From the NCBI GenBank assembly GCA_032718475.1, contig JAUCBJ010006740.1, forward strand, positions 1 to 43,112: a stretch of 43,112 nt of DNA, in the 5' to 3' direction. The first letter of the stretch is position 1. Each line of letters starts with the position of its first letter. Shown piece by piece: positions 21,572 through 33,830 of the stretch. The translations under genes and the position numbers were made by a program. Under the pieces are notes generated by a model that worked only from the letters and a program-made list of their open reading frames with translations, was not told the DNA's origin and did not search any database. Origin of the DNA: Nemertoderma westbladi. Taxonomy: Eukaryota; Animalia; Xenacoelomorpha.

Positions 21572-22794
21572 TGTTCGCGCTTTCAGACCTTTGGCAGTTT
21601 AACCCACCAAATTAGGATGTCTTCTAGATATTAAATCGGTTTTTAGTCTATGACAAGTATTTGATTCACTACACTAGTCGAAACCAATCTGTGCGCGATC
21701 ATTCACCCGCTGGATATTCCCGGGAGATTGGGTTCGACGGTTTAATTTTATTGCTATGTAAGCCTAATGTATTATTCGACTGACAGTATTATATAATCTC
21801 TGACAATATTATTCACCTTCGGGAATATTAACAGTTCCTTTAGGACGTGGCGCTTTATCTATATAAACAGAGTTATGACTTAAACTACTCACAACGATAT
21901 GGCTTAATTATAATTCACATATATGGCGCATTCTTTAGGAATTGCTTCTTTAACAGACTCACTCATACACAATGCTGCACAATACTGCACACTAATCTGC
22001 CAATCTTCACTGATTTTAATCACATATAAAGGAAACACAGACTGACTCATGTAGGGTCTATCAAATAACATTAGATTCACTTCAAACCACTTTAACATAA
22101 GTCACAATCGTTTATCTGTAACCCTTCTCTCTTACCTTCGGTATATCAAGAATATTGGGTTTCGGGGTTATTTATCGTTATTCCAAATATAATAATTCAT
22201 CAACCATATTATGAAGAACTGACGGTAAATAGCAGTATAAAACAACAATGAAAACACTGATTGTTATGAGTTTGCAATGTTTCAGCAGTCAGTATGTATG
22301 ATCAGTTAGCAGTGATTCCATGAGTTTGATCGGTATGTCAGTTAAAGGATATATGCCCTTTATAATTAAACCTACTAGTGTAAGACTAAAACTGAAAACA
22401 CGGAGGTGCCAAAGCCGGTTCTTAGGCTCTGGGCAAAAACATAACACTGAACTACTGAGTTTCTGTATATACCTCCAACACAAAGACAACAAACGCTCTG
22501 ATTGGTCAACCTGAACAACGAGAGAACAGAGAAACAAAGAAACGTCGACGTGGCAATATCAGCTGCTAGCTGTCGTCATGGTAGCGACACTGTTTTCAAG
22601 AGTATCGAGCTTTTACGTCACGGAATTACGGATTATGTCCTCTAAAGTACAAATACAGAAGAAATAGCTTTTATGTCCGCTAAAACACCAGTACAGCAAG
22701 GACACGGCCCTTTTATGCCTGGTAAACCAACTACAGAGTATTTTACGGGAAAAATAAGGAAAAATAACCGGACAATTCAGCAAAAGCTTTTACA
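21572..22794 (-). repeat. 5' LTR (1223 bp)
   Basis: Near-identical to 11141-12364; upstream of gag on the minus strand; followed by TSD ATCTG. Confidence 0.97.
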
Positions 22795-23514
22795 ATCTGA
22801 ATTTCGTTGAGAAACAGCTGAGATATAGGCGTTCAAAGATTGCTAGAATTATTGTTCGCTGCAGGCCATTTATTCTATTTAATAAATACACGATGTTCTG
22901 GAACATTTTGTTTATGCATGAATAGCTACGCAATATATATATTGGATAGGAATACCGCTGTTTCCAACCAACTCATAAAATAAATAACACGTTCTAGAAT
23001 TTTGTGTATTTATTAAATAGAATAAATGGCCTGCAGCGAACAATATTTCTTGCAATGTTTGAACGCCTGTATCTCAGCTGTTTCTCAACGAAATTCAGAT
23101 ATTATTACATATTTTTAATCCTTTCTACGCAAGCTTTCTAATGATATGAAAAAATTACGACTAATGAAGAATGGCAATGATACGGAGGGTGCGATTTCGC
23201 AAAAGACACTTTTTTAAAACGCTTATAAAAAAAATTTAAAGGCAAAATCGAAAATTCCAGCTTCATGGGGTCATCGACGGTGAGTGGAACTAGTTATGTT
23301 TCAAATTTCAAGCATTATGATAAAGATTTATAGAAAAATCTGGGGGGGGGGGGGGGGTCCGTGTCATCTGAAAATGACACTATATTACGGGACATGGTGT
23401 ATAGAAGTTGTTTATTACATTCTAGATAGAAATGCTCAATGCGGACTATGTGAAATATAGCATAATTTCAAGTGTCTTATACAAGTTAACACTTTCAGCA
23501 AATGAAAACTGCAG

Positions 23515-24342
23515 TCATACCCAATTTGAAAGGTGATCGCCACTGTCTACTTGACTATGAATTATGTTTGTTACTTTGGACTTTGGAACAATCATCTGTT
23601 ATGTGATCATACCCAATTTGAAAGGTGATCGCCAGTGTCTACTTGACTATGAATTATGTTTGTTACTTTGGACTTTGGAACAATCAGCTGTTATGTGATC
23701 ATACCCAATTTGAAAGGTGATCGCCAGTGTCTACTTGACTATGAATTATGTTTGTTACTTTGGACTTTGGAACAATCATCTGTTATGTGATCATACCCAA
23801 TTTGAAAGGTGATCGCCAGTGTCTACTTGACTATGAATTATGTTTGTTACTTTGGACTTTGGAACAATCAGCTGTTATGTGATCATACCCAATTTGAAAG
23901 GTGATCGCCACTGTCTACGTGACTATGAATTATGTTTGTTACTTTGGACTTTGGAACAATCAGCTGTTATGTGATCATACCCAATTTGAAAGGTGATCTC
24001 CACTGTCTACGTGACTATGAATTATGTTTGTTACTTTGGACTTTGGAACAATCAGCTGTTATGTGATCATACCCAATTTGAAAGGTGATCGCCACTGTCT
24101 ACTTGACTATGAATTATGTTTGTTACTTTGGACTTTGGAACAATCAGCTGTTATGTGATCATTCCCAATTGGAAAGGTGATCGCCACTGTCTACGTGACT
24201 ATGAATTATGTTTGTTACTTTGGACTTTTAGAACAATCAGCTGTTATGTGATCATACCCAATTTGAAAGGTGATCGCCACTGGCTACGTGACTATGAATT
24301 ATGTTTGTTACTTTGGACTTTGGAACAATCAGCTGTTATGTG
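23515..24342. repeat. 92-bp tandem satellite, 9 copies
   Basis: Unit TCATACCCAATTTGAAAGGTGATCGCCA...CTGTTATGTGA starts at 23515, 23607, 23699, 23791, 23883, 23975, 24067, 24159 and 24252. Confidence 0.97.
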
Positions 24343-24659
24343 CTTTGATAACAATACTACTCTACACTACAGCTAAAAGGGGCCAAATTACTTTACTTTA
24401 GTTATTTTACTAGTTTACTCGTTAGTTACGTAAATACGCAATTTAATTGCACTTAATTAATTGCTTTTTCACGTCCCCTTGCATGCTGGAAATCATTGCA
24501 CTATACCGGTAGAGAATCCCATTGTTGCCATGGATTTATGGAATAATGTGGTTTGGCCATTTAAAATAGTAGACATTTTTATAAAATACTCCAAAATCTT
24601 TTAAGGAAAAAATCGGTTATTTTTAAGGAAAAAAAGTTGCTCTTGGTGGGATAAATATT

Positions 24660-26700
24660 TCTCCATTTGACGCAACACCGCCGCGGCCGCTATGAGGGAG
24701 GTGAATACCGCGGCCGCTCCTAAAGCCGCAGGCCATCGCTAACTATATAGGTTAACTTGGGATTCTGGGGGACTTTTCGATGAAGGAACAGACCAATTTT
24801 TTTTATTTTCTCACCAGGGGAGCGGCTCGGAATTCTAAGATATTAGCAACTCTAACATTATTAAATCTAACCCTTCGACGGACACGGCGGACAAGAAACC
24901 GTCATTTTTTCGACAATTTTAAAATTTTTTTGAAAGGCGCTCTACAGTGGCTCGAAAAAACCCTAGGTTATTGCTTAGCCGACGCCGGGATACGATAGAA
25001 GGGATTAATTAGTGAATTAGTTTTTTTTTTCAAAAAAGATTACCACGCCTTTTTTCCGAAAATGTCCGTCAAAGTTGAAAAAACGGACAAAATGACTTTG
25101 CGGGATCCGCTATAACTCGGCTAATATTAATCGTACGGGGACGAAAGTAACGCGGTTGGAAAGGGGAAGAGTGGTACTACCTTCGTATCGAATGGGGGTA
25201 AGATATTTATTAAAATTTCGGGTGGAAAAAGGGGCTGTAAATTTGTACGTTTTTGTCCGTCTTTTTTGGAATACTTATTTCCGAAATGTTTAATTCGACA
25301 ACACGGGTAGGAATCCACTAATTATTTTATGAAACTCGTAGAAGACCATTGGGGCTACGTTCCTATCGAATGGGGGTACAAAAAATATGTCGGCAATAGG
25401 GGCCAAAAAGGGCCAGAATTTGTAAAGTAGTTTTTATCGAATAATTTTTTATTTTTAACTTTAGTTGGTTAAGGTACATTCTATACAGTCAATATCCATA
25501 CGGGGAATTCAAATATGCTATCGGTTTTGCTCCAAGGATGATATTAAAAAAATGAGGGCCAAAATTATAATTTCGCGCTTCAAACTTGCTTCGCGGGAAA
25601 TCGTCTAGCTCGAAAACTACTTAACTTACGGGAGATTTGTTTACACAGACTTATAGTGCGTTAAATTATCTATCTAACAGCGTTAATCACAGCGCCGGAG
25701 GTATTATAAAACTGGAGCGGCAGGCGATCGTGTGAAATATAATATTTATAAAAAGGGACGAAAATTTTTTTTTTTAACAAATCGCTATTCCATTATAATT
25801 TAGCGTATTGCGCCAAAAGTACCTGTAAAAAGTATCAAATTAACTCCGCTATCTTTTATCTTAACATATATAATTAAAATTACGAATTTTAAGGGTCGAA
25901 AAATATCGCGTTATTTTGGCCCTTTTTTTTAATTTTTTTGGGGCCAAAAATAACCCCTTCTCAAAAAATTAAGAAAAAAATTACGGCAAAGAATATACCA
26001 ATTTTATTGAATTTGGACCACCAGAACCGAAGTTAGAGCGATTTTAGTGAAAAAATAAAAATAATTTTTTTTGCAAAAAAATTAAGAATGGTCAGGTCAA
26101 TATTGGATTTCGAACCCGCGAACTTAGGTTTCATTAACGTGATTGATAACCACTAGACTATGTGACCAAGAGAATTTGAAATTTTCGAGTGACTATTTTT
26201 AAACATAAATAACTTCGGTTCTACAGGGCCGTTTAATCTGAAACTTTTTTCATTGGATAGAGGATAGATTGTAGTGGGTGAAATAGGATAAAACTTGGGA
26301 AAAGACTTATGTGCACTTAGTGCAAAATGCACTTAAATAGTGAACATTTTTTCAATATTTCAAACACTATTATTTCCAGTTCTATTCATCGTAGAATGTT
26401 ATTTTTTGGAGTAAAATGTAGTTTGGAATGATTTCTAACTATAATCGTAACATTTGTTTAACTTTTTATGTCTATAAAGTGACTTAAAATGTCCATGAAT
26501 ATGGTCCAAAATCGCAAATCCAGATTTATTAAATTGGATTTTTGACACTTTTAGCGACTGACACTTGATCACACACCATCGTAGATCGGTAGAGGATAAA
26601 CATAAGTTTGTTAAATAAGAGCCACCATTACGATCTGCTAAAGTGCATTTGTACAAATAAGTGTGCAAAAGTGCAAATTTTTTAATAAGGTCAAATTATA
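24660..26700. mobile_element. Probable decayed non-autonomous DNA transposon remnants
   Basis: CpG-rich non-coding stretch with A/T tracts, repeated TATCGAATGGGGGTA (~25186, ~25364) and GGGCCAAAA motifs. Imperfect inverted pair TAACCCTTCGACGGACA (24868) / TGTCCGTCAAAG (25063), piggyBac-like. Boundaries not resolved. Confidence 0.35.
26094..26167 (-). pseudogene. Degenerate tRNA-derived sequence (SINE head or tRNA pseudogene)
   Basis: Minus strand GGTCACATAGTCTAGTGGTTA (A box) ... GGGTTCGAAATCC (B box) ... TTGACC; partial acceptor stem; broken anticodon arm. Confidence 0.55.
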
Positions 26701-28041
26701 TAGTATTGGGTTATTTTCTTTGCAGATACTTTATTTTCATATTAATTATGTTGTTTGAACCTTACTGAGCGCATTAGGGGATATGCGTACAAATAACCGG
26801 CCCTTATGAGGCTTCGATTGGTAAGTTAATAAAACATAAGGTTGTATAGTATAATATTCTAAAAACCAGTGTGATATTAAATGCACTTTAAATAATAAAT
26901 AGAAATCAAATAACAATTGGACCACACAATTAAAAACTCGCACAATTTTGTACTTATTATATCGCTTCAAATTAATTAAACAGTGGATATTTGGGGGAAG
27001 GGGGAAGTTACAGTGTGCATTCGGGGGAAGTTTGGTGAACTGCATTTATGCAGTGAATCCAAACTTCCCCCTTTGATATATCATATACTTAAGACATGCT
27101 AGGGTGACGGGGAAATATTTGTTACTGTCACACTTTGCTTCCATTTATCCTATCCTTTATTATTACCCCAGTCAGATAAGAGATAATAAATCAGTAAAAA
27201 CTAAACTAAACTGTCTTTCATGCAAACAAATTTCTAACTAAAGACGGGTGAATGACCATGACCATGGAAATAATTTTAAATATAATTGTATATCAACTAT
27301 TTGGGGAGGTTTCCAAGTTAAACCCGAAAACAATTATTTTGTTACATAGTAAATAACGTTGTATGTTCTTCTTCCTCTCATAATAAAATATAAATGAAAT
27401 ATCTCAGATCGCTATGCCCTGTAACATTTCACAACCAAAATATTTAAGTGTAAAAAGTGTAGGCCTACCACACTCCGCCCAAACAACCGCAAACGCATAG
27501 CCAACAAATTTAACAAAAGGTTACATACATGTTGGGTTCATGACGAGATGAGTGAAAATTGATCGCGTAATATAAAGTAAAAAATTAAGAGACGGGCTGG
27601 CTCTCCTCCACTTTCTTACCCAATGGATATGTTGTTGTAATAATCTAATATTGGGGCGGCTTTCTCTCGTTTCACTTCCAACCATCCTGAAACGTTGGTT
27701 ATTAATCAGTTAATAAGGCATATTTGTTGTATAAATTATATTTCATCTGATAATAATACATAGGCTTTTCATACATGGGGCTGCTATATTCAATGTTTGC
27801 AGTTGTTGGATGTGAAGTTTACTTACAAAATTGTCATGAAATCCCAGGCTTGTTTTTGACAGGGAAAATCAGCTGATCTCATCCAGCTATTAATAGTATT
27901 GATTCTGCAATTGTTTAAGTTAATTACAGAATTTGTGATTATGACTGGTCGGCCTAACATGCCGATACATCTTTATTGTAACTTCTGAAATAACGAAACA
28001 TCAGTAGAGAGGCTACAGCAGACAATTCTGTTCTGAAATTT

Positions 28042-28274
28042 AGGGTGTAAACGCTACGCCGACAACCGACAGCCGACAACCACTGCCGACAACAGCAAAT
28101 ATGAAAATGTAACCTGAGTTCGTGACTCTCGTTTATTGTTTTGGTTAGAATAACCTTCCACTGTAACCTGTTCCTTTCCCTCAATTAATAAATAACATTA
28201 ATTGGCTTTAATAATGGTTGTCGGTGTTGGTTGTCGGTAGTCGGTTGTCGGCCTCGGCGTAGCGTTTACACCCT
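28042..28274. mobile_element. MITE (~233 bp) with 21-bp TIRs, possibly PIF/Harbinger-like
   Basis: AGGGTGTAAACGCTACGCCGA ... TCGGCGTAGCGTTTACACCCT; subterminal CCGACA repeats inverted at the two ends; flanks TTA/TGA give an imperfect 3-bp TSD. Confidence 0.8.
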
Positions 28275-28542
28275 GAAATGTATACTTTTCTTAACGCTGA
28301 CTTTGTTTTTGTTACAAGAAATTTCAGTTCTTAGCATATAGGCAACTGTAGTTTACCCTATATTTTTACTACTATCATACAGAACAGACCTAAGTAACCT
28401 AGGTCGTCATTTAAACAAGTTATAATAACATGTTTGATTGGAGTGTGGTCCAACCAAATTGACTTCTGGCAATTTCCATGTGACTCATTCTTAACTATAA
28501 TATCATTATTTATATTTAGTGTAAATCGTATTATCTACAAAC

Positions 28543-30103
28543 ATGTCAATTGAAGTTGTGCCTGAACTAGTTCGCATTATCAACCATAAGGAGGTGGTGA
28601 CAAAAACATTTTCAATTGGATCACTTAAACAAAAGGCGAAGAACAATAGTCGTGGTCTTTTAGTTGTTTTCGCCGGGTTCCTAATACAATTTAGTAATGG
28701 GATTATTTACACTTTCGGTAATTTAGCTCCATATGTTGTGTCTTACATACGAGTTAGATCATCTCCATCAACTCTCACTGACCAGACCATGTCCTGGGTC
28801 TTTGGTATGTCGTTTGTAACCTTTGCCATCGCGGCCCCCATAGGGGGACTCATTGCAGAACGCTGGGGTTCCCGATCTGCCATTCTCTTGGGTTCTCTGC
28901 TTTTAAGCGGGGGTATTGCTCTATGTTCTGTGGCTGTCAACCAAGGATTTATATTATTTCTTCTATTTTACGGTATTCTTATGAATTTCAGCTTGGGACT
29001 CAATTACGTTCCCCCATTTACGACGGCACAGATGTGGTTCCCCAATAATAAAGCCCTTGTTAATGGTGTAGTTCTGAGTGGGTTTGGAATTGGTTCACTT
29101 GTGTTCGATGAGGTTCAAACGTTGTACATAAACCCGGACAATGTCTCTCCAAATTATGAAGATCCCTTGAATCCCGGTATGATGTATTTTACGCAGAAAG
29201 AAGTTCTCGACAATGTTCCAAAATGTTATATAGTTTTAGCTATAAGCTCTTTTGTTCTGCAGGCGATCGGACTTATTATATTGAAAGACAAGAAACGATA
29301 CCAAATGTAACCAACTTTCTGGTTATAAATTCGAAAGATATTGCACCCAAACAGATGTTAAGAAGAAAACTATTTTGGCAATTATACTTTATTAATGGGA
29401 TTCAATTTCTGGTGTTCGCGTTTGTAGCTAGTCTCTACAAGTCATATGGGGAAACGTTTATAGAAGATTATTATTTCTTAGCCGGTGTCGGATCTGCTAC
29501 ATGCGTGGCTGATGGTGCCGGTAGACTAATTTTCGGTTATGTAGCTGACCGATTTGGTATGAAACCAACAATGGCTTTTCTCTTTGCCGTACTTACTGTT
29601 GTATGCCTGACAATGCCAATAGGACCTTTTAGGTCCAATAGGACACATACCTGTATGTTTAGCATGTATTTATATTTGTTTGTGTTTGTGTGTTTGTTGT
29701 TCTTTCGATGACCCTAGGGGTCGAGAAATATTTTGGGCTAAATGTCCTGATTCTATATTTTTTATTGGGGGTGTAAGACTCCTGTTCTTCCTTTAACTTA
29801 ATAGGACCTTTTGGCGGTCAATGGGTCTACCCACTGTGGATGTTTATCGCTTTCCTAGTTATGGCTGGAACAACCTCCGTTTTTCCCGCTATGATCACCT
29901 ACTCTTTCGGAGAAACTCATGCTGCTTCAAATTTCGGAATATTTTGCACTGCAATCGCCATTTCCGGAGCCCTTGCGCCATTATTGGCGACCGAATTGGA
30001 GCAGCGAATCGGATGGGCTTCCACATATATTTCCAGCGGTGTGCTACTCGGTGGTTGTTTTGTATCAATTTTATTAATGAGATATAATGAGATTAGACAT
30101 TAA
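28543..30103 (+). pseudogene. Second MFS (OFA-like) transporter copy, disrupted
   Basis: Colinear paralogue of 4160-5545; 1-bp frameshift near 29292; 169-bp insertion at 29631-29799 flanked by 13-bp duplication AATAGGACCTTTT; the frame resumes to the stop at 30103. Confidence 0.88.
29631..29799. mobile_element. 169-bp insertion with 13-bp target duplication in MFS copy 2
   Basis: AATAGGACCTTTT at 29618-29630 and 29800-29812; insert absent from the paralogue at ~5250. Confidence 0.8.
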
Positions 30104-30169
30104 TTTAAGAATTTCCAGTTAATATAATTAAACAAATTGAGAGCATATTAATATTATGCTCATTGTTAT

Positions 30170-33100
30170 GGTTAACCTTTGTTTCCGGTCAGGGGGTCCG
30201 GTCATGTATTCTAGGTCATTGATCAAGAAAACTTGCCACCTCCATGCAGCATAAAGGAGGTGCCACCTGAAGCTGCATAGACCCTCTTACTAGGGCAATT
30301 CTGGTCCTGTAACTAGGACCCCCTTCGTTCTGGGATAAGGACGCCCTTGGTCCTGGATTAAGGACCCATATACTTGGCTGCAAGGGTATATGGCCTGGCC
30401 AGGCAGATGGTGATCTACCAATGGCTGGTCAGGAGTAGAGTGTTCTCATGTCCACTCTGAGTGCACTCCACTGCGACCTGCACCTGGCAGCAGGGGTACA
30501 GGGGAGGACCAAGCAGATGAGCTGCACAGCCAATGGTGGGTCATGTGCGCCAGAGTAGATATGGGTGATGGGCCTCATATCTGACTCCACTGCGACACCC
30601 ACCCTGTGGAATGGCAAACCAGGGTGTGGTATTTGCCCCGAGAGCTGACTTGGCAAAAAAGCACCCCCAACCCCTACCATGGATTACATTAGTAATGCGG
30701 AGGTCCGCCCACCAGAGGCCAGTGGAATTACCGGACACAATCGGCCTCACAGGCGTCAGTTATCTTCTGACCGGCTGCCTGTCTCACCCCCTACTGGAGA
30801 GAGAGCGGCAAACAATTCTTTGAGTCCCTTTCCTCATGACCTTTCTGGCCCAAACCCTGGGTCACCAGGGAGGGAGAGATTGTGAGGGGGAGAGGGATTC
30901 TGGAGTTGGAGGCTACTCCCATGTTCCACCCCGACCAACCAAGCCATTGGTGAATCTGAGGCAAGTCACAAGACTAGCCTCAGTAAACACCCTAACACTC
31001 GGGTCCCCAATGCGACAAGGTGAGCTGACTGCCTTGGCAGATAAGCTTTCTCTTAGCGCAGTGGGTGTTCAAGAGCACCGAATGCAGACTGGACAGACTG
31101 ATGAGGTTCTGATTAAGGACATGGGGGCGGTTGGCGACTCGCCCTCGCGTCAGCAGATGATAGTGGCAATGGTGGAATTGGTCTATTGATGCTTCCAACT
31201 GCACATGCAGCATTGGACAAAATAGACCAAATCTCTAACCGCATCATCCGTTGCCACTTCGCATATTCTGGAAGACTGACTAAGAAGTTTCCTAAGGAGG
31301 TTCTGATTGTGTGCTACTCTCCAACTAGTGTTGCCCCTGTAGAGGAGGTGGAAAATTTATACCACAATCTACAAGCAGCTACTGATGGAGTGGATCAGCA
31401 TGAATTCTTAACATTCCCGGGAGACTTTAATGCAAGTCTGCATCAATCACCTACATCGCCCTGGGTCTATAGCAATAATGTTAACCGAAATTCCGTCCAT
31501 CTTCAGGATTTTATCTCTGGAAATGGATTGTTTTCGGCTGGAACCCAGTTCACGAAGCGAACTGGAAAGCTATGGACTCATAGTGGACCCAGTGGTCACA
31601 AGACCCAGATAGACCATATTCTGTTTCGTAGGAAATACAGGAGCTCTATACAAGACTGTAATGCATTTACACTTCGACCCTTCTCCAGTGATCACCGCCT
31701 TATTGTGGCCAAGGTAAGACTTAGTTTGCGTGCTAGCAGAACAACGAAATCTGCCTTGCCGCGGCATGACTGGTCCTCTTTGGTGCAACAGCCAAATGTG
31801 AGATCCAGCTTCACACTACTGCTGAGCAACAGGTATGAGGTTCTTGCCTCTGAGGCGGCAGATCACTGTGAGGGCTATACTGCCTTCACAGAAGCAGTTA
31901 AGTTAGCAGCTGCAGAAACAGTTCCTGTATACCCTCGAAACAGGAAAAGACTGACAACAAAATTCAGAAGTGCCGAAATGACATCTATAAGGCGCAGAAA
32001 GAGTCCCGACTCAAACAGACTACAGCGGCCAAGAATGCAATTAAGGCTGCATCTAGGTCCCTGAACAGGCACTACTCTGTTAATCTACAGGAGCTAATAA
32101 ACCAACAGGTTGATGCCATCAATGATGCTGACGACAGCAGGCAATCATCCCAGGCATGGAGATCGATCAACTTGCTTGCTGGTCGAAAATGCCAACCAAC
32201 CACCAAGGTTAAGGCTGAATCACCAGCCGATCGCCTCAATGGTTGGAAGGTCCACTTTGAAAAGCTCCTCAATAATGACAGGGTATTGCCTGATAACTTT
32301 ATAGGAGTAAAAGTGTCTGAGTCTGTACTCCCAGATATTCCCATTGGCGATATCTCCTTTGCAGAAGTGAAGGCTGCTGCAAAGAGCATTAAGACCAATC
32401 GTGCCAGTGGAGTCGATGGTGTTCCCCCTGAGGTCTTTGAAATACCTGAGTGCTTAAAGCTCATCTATCCCATCATAGTAGACATGTACCGAACAACAAG
32501 AGTCCCACAAGAAATGAAAACAAATAAGTTGGTGCCAGTTCCCAAGAAGGGCAACCTAACACTGTATGGTTCTTTTCGGGGAATCTCATTGATCTCGATT
32601 GCTCGCGATTGGAAGCTATACAATAGAATTCTATTAAATCGCATCAGGGATCCCATTGAGAGACTGCTCCGTGGAAATCAGAATGGGTTCCGAAAGGTTG
32701 TGGGACCATGGAGCCCATTTTGGCACTTAGAAGGATAATTGAAGAGTTATCAAAAAAGAAAGACAGGCATCTGGCTGTTATCTTTGTTGACTTCCTCAAG
32801 GCCTTTAATTCAGTCTCTCGCTCACGTATGTTCAGCATACTTTCATTATATGGGGTTCCTGATGAAATTATTGCAGCACTCAGATCAGTATACGATGGTT
32901 CGACAACATTTGTGTCTACCGTTGACGGTGACCAGAACCATTTGAAGTGTTATGGAGCGTCCTCCAAGGAGACACACTTGCACCATTCTTGTTCATAATT
33001 GTGGTTGACTATGTTCTACGCATGTCCTTAGATCATCATAATGATGATGGGGTGATGATAACTCCACCTACTGGCTCCAGAAGTCGAGGAAATCCTGCCA

Positions 33101-33830
33101 AGTACCTAACTGATCTAGACTTTGCTGATGACTTAGGAGTACTCTCAGAATCACTAGAGGGAGCCCAACGGCTCCTCAGCTCATTAGAACATGCTGCTTC
33201 TAGTGTTGGTCTTTTTATTAACCCCAGAAAGACCAAAATTTTGACAGTTAACTTTGAAAGTCCTCAGCAAGTCTCTGATCGGATGAGCATAAGCTCAAAG
33301 GAAGGTATGCTTGAGCATGTGGACGACTTCTGTTACCTGGGATCATGGATCCGGAAGTCAGGTGAGGACCTTCGAAAACGTAAGGAAAAGGCATGGGCAG
33401 CCTTGAATAGGCTTTCCAGGACTTGGAAGTCACCGAGAATTAATCGGAAACTTAAAGTCCGATTATTTAGAGCAGCAGTAGTTCCAGTACTCCTCTATGG
33501 GAGTCCATACTGGGCTCTAACTGCTGAGGACACCAAATCTCTGGATGGCACATTCACAAGAATGCTACGCCGGGTTCATTGTGTCAAGTGCAATGCACAC
33601 ATCTTCAACCAGACAGTATATAACATTGGAGGTGTCTCATTGGTTCCCCCAAGCTTGACACTAAAACAAAATCGCCTCCGCTTTGCAGGCATTGTTTACG
33701 CCGTGAGGACCAGCCAGTGCGTAATCTTGTACTTTGGCAGCCTCATGGAGTGAATAAGCATGGTGGACAGCCCATGACTTTCTTGAGACGCATCTTAAAG
33801 GACACCGGCACTCGAATCGGGAACCTCTTT
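30170..33830 (+). mobile_element. RTE-clade LINE, near full length, multiply frameshifted, 3' end missing
   Basis: APE motifs VGVQEHR, CYSPT, GDFNA, QIDHIL, SDHRL; RT motifs VPKKGNL, NQNGFR, FVDFLKAF, LQGDTLAPFLF, DLDFADDL, YLGS; several hundred bp of GC-rich leader; no tail. Confidence 0.92.

Larger units (their letters stand above)
11141..22794 (-). mobile_element. BEL/Pao LTR retrotransposon, full length by termini but non-autonomous (Gag and protease only)
   Basis: Direct LTRs at 11141-12364 and 21572-22794; 5-bp TSD ATCTG (11136-11140, 22795-22799); PPT GGGAGCGG at 12365-12372 (-); BEL-type Gag with triple zinc knuckle and protease. Confidence 0.95.
10829..23399. mobile_element. Tc1/mariner-type foldback MITE (~910 bp) split by the LTR element (10829-11140 and 22800-23399)
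   Basis: TA|CACCATGTCCCGTAATATAGTGTCATTTTC ... GAAAATGACACTATATTACGGGACATGGTG|TA; ~400-bp imperfect TIRs including C-run/G-run; TA TSD. Confidence 0.9.

Noticed and set aside
23515-24342. CRISPR-like array
   Set aside because: Units are contiguous and near-identical with no unique spacers; no cas genes; eukaryotic context.
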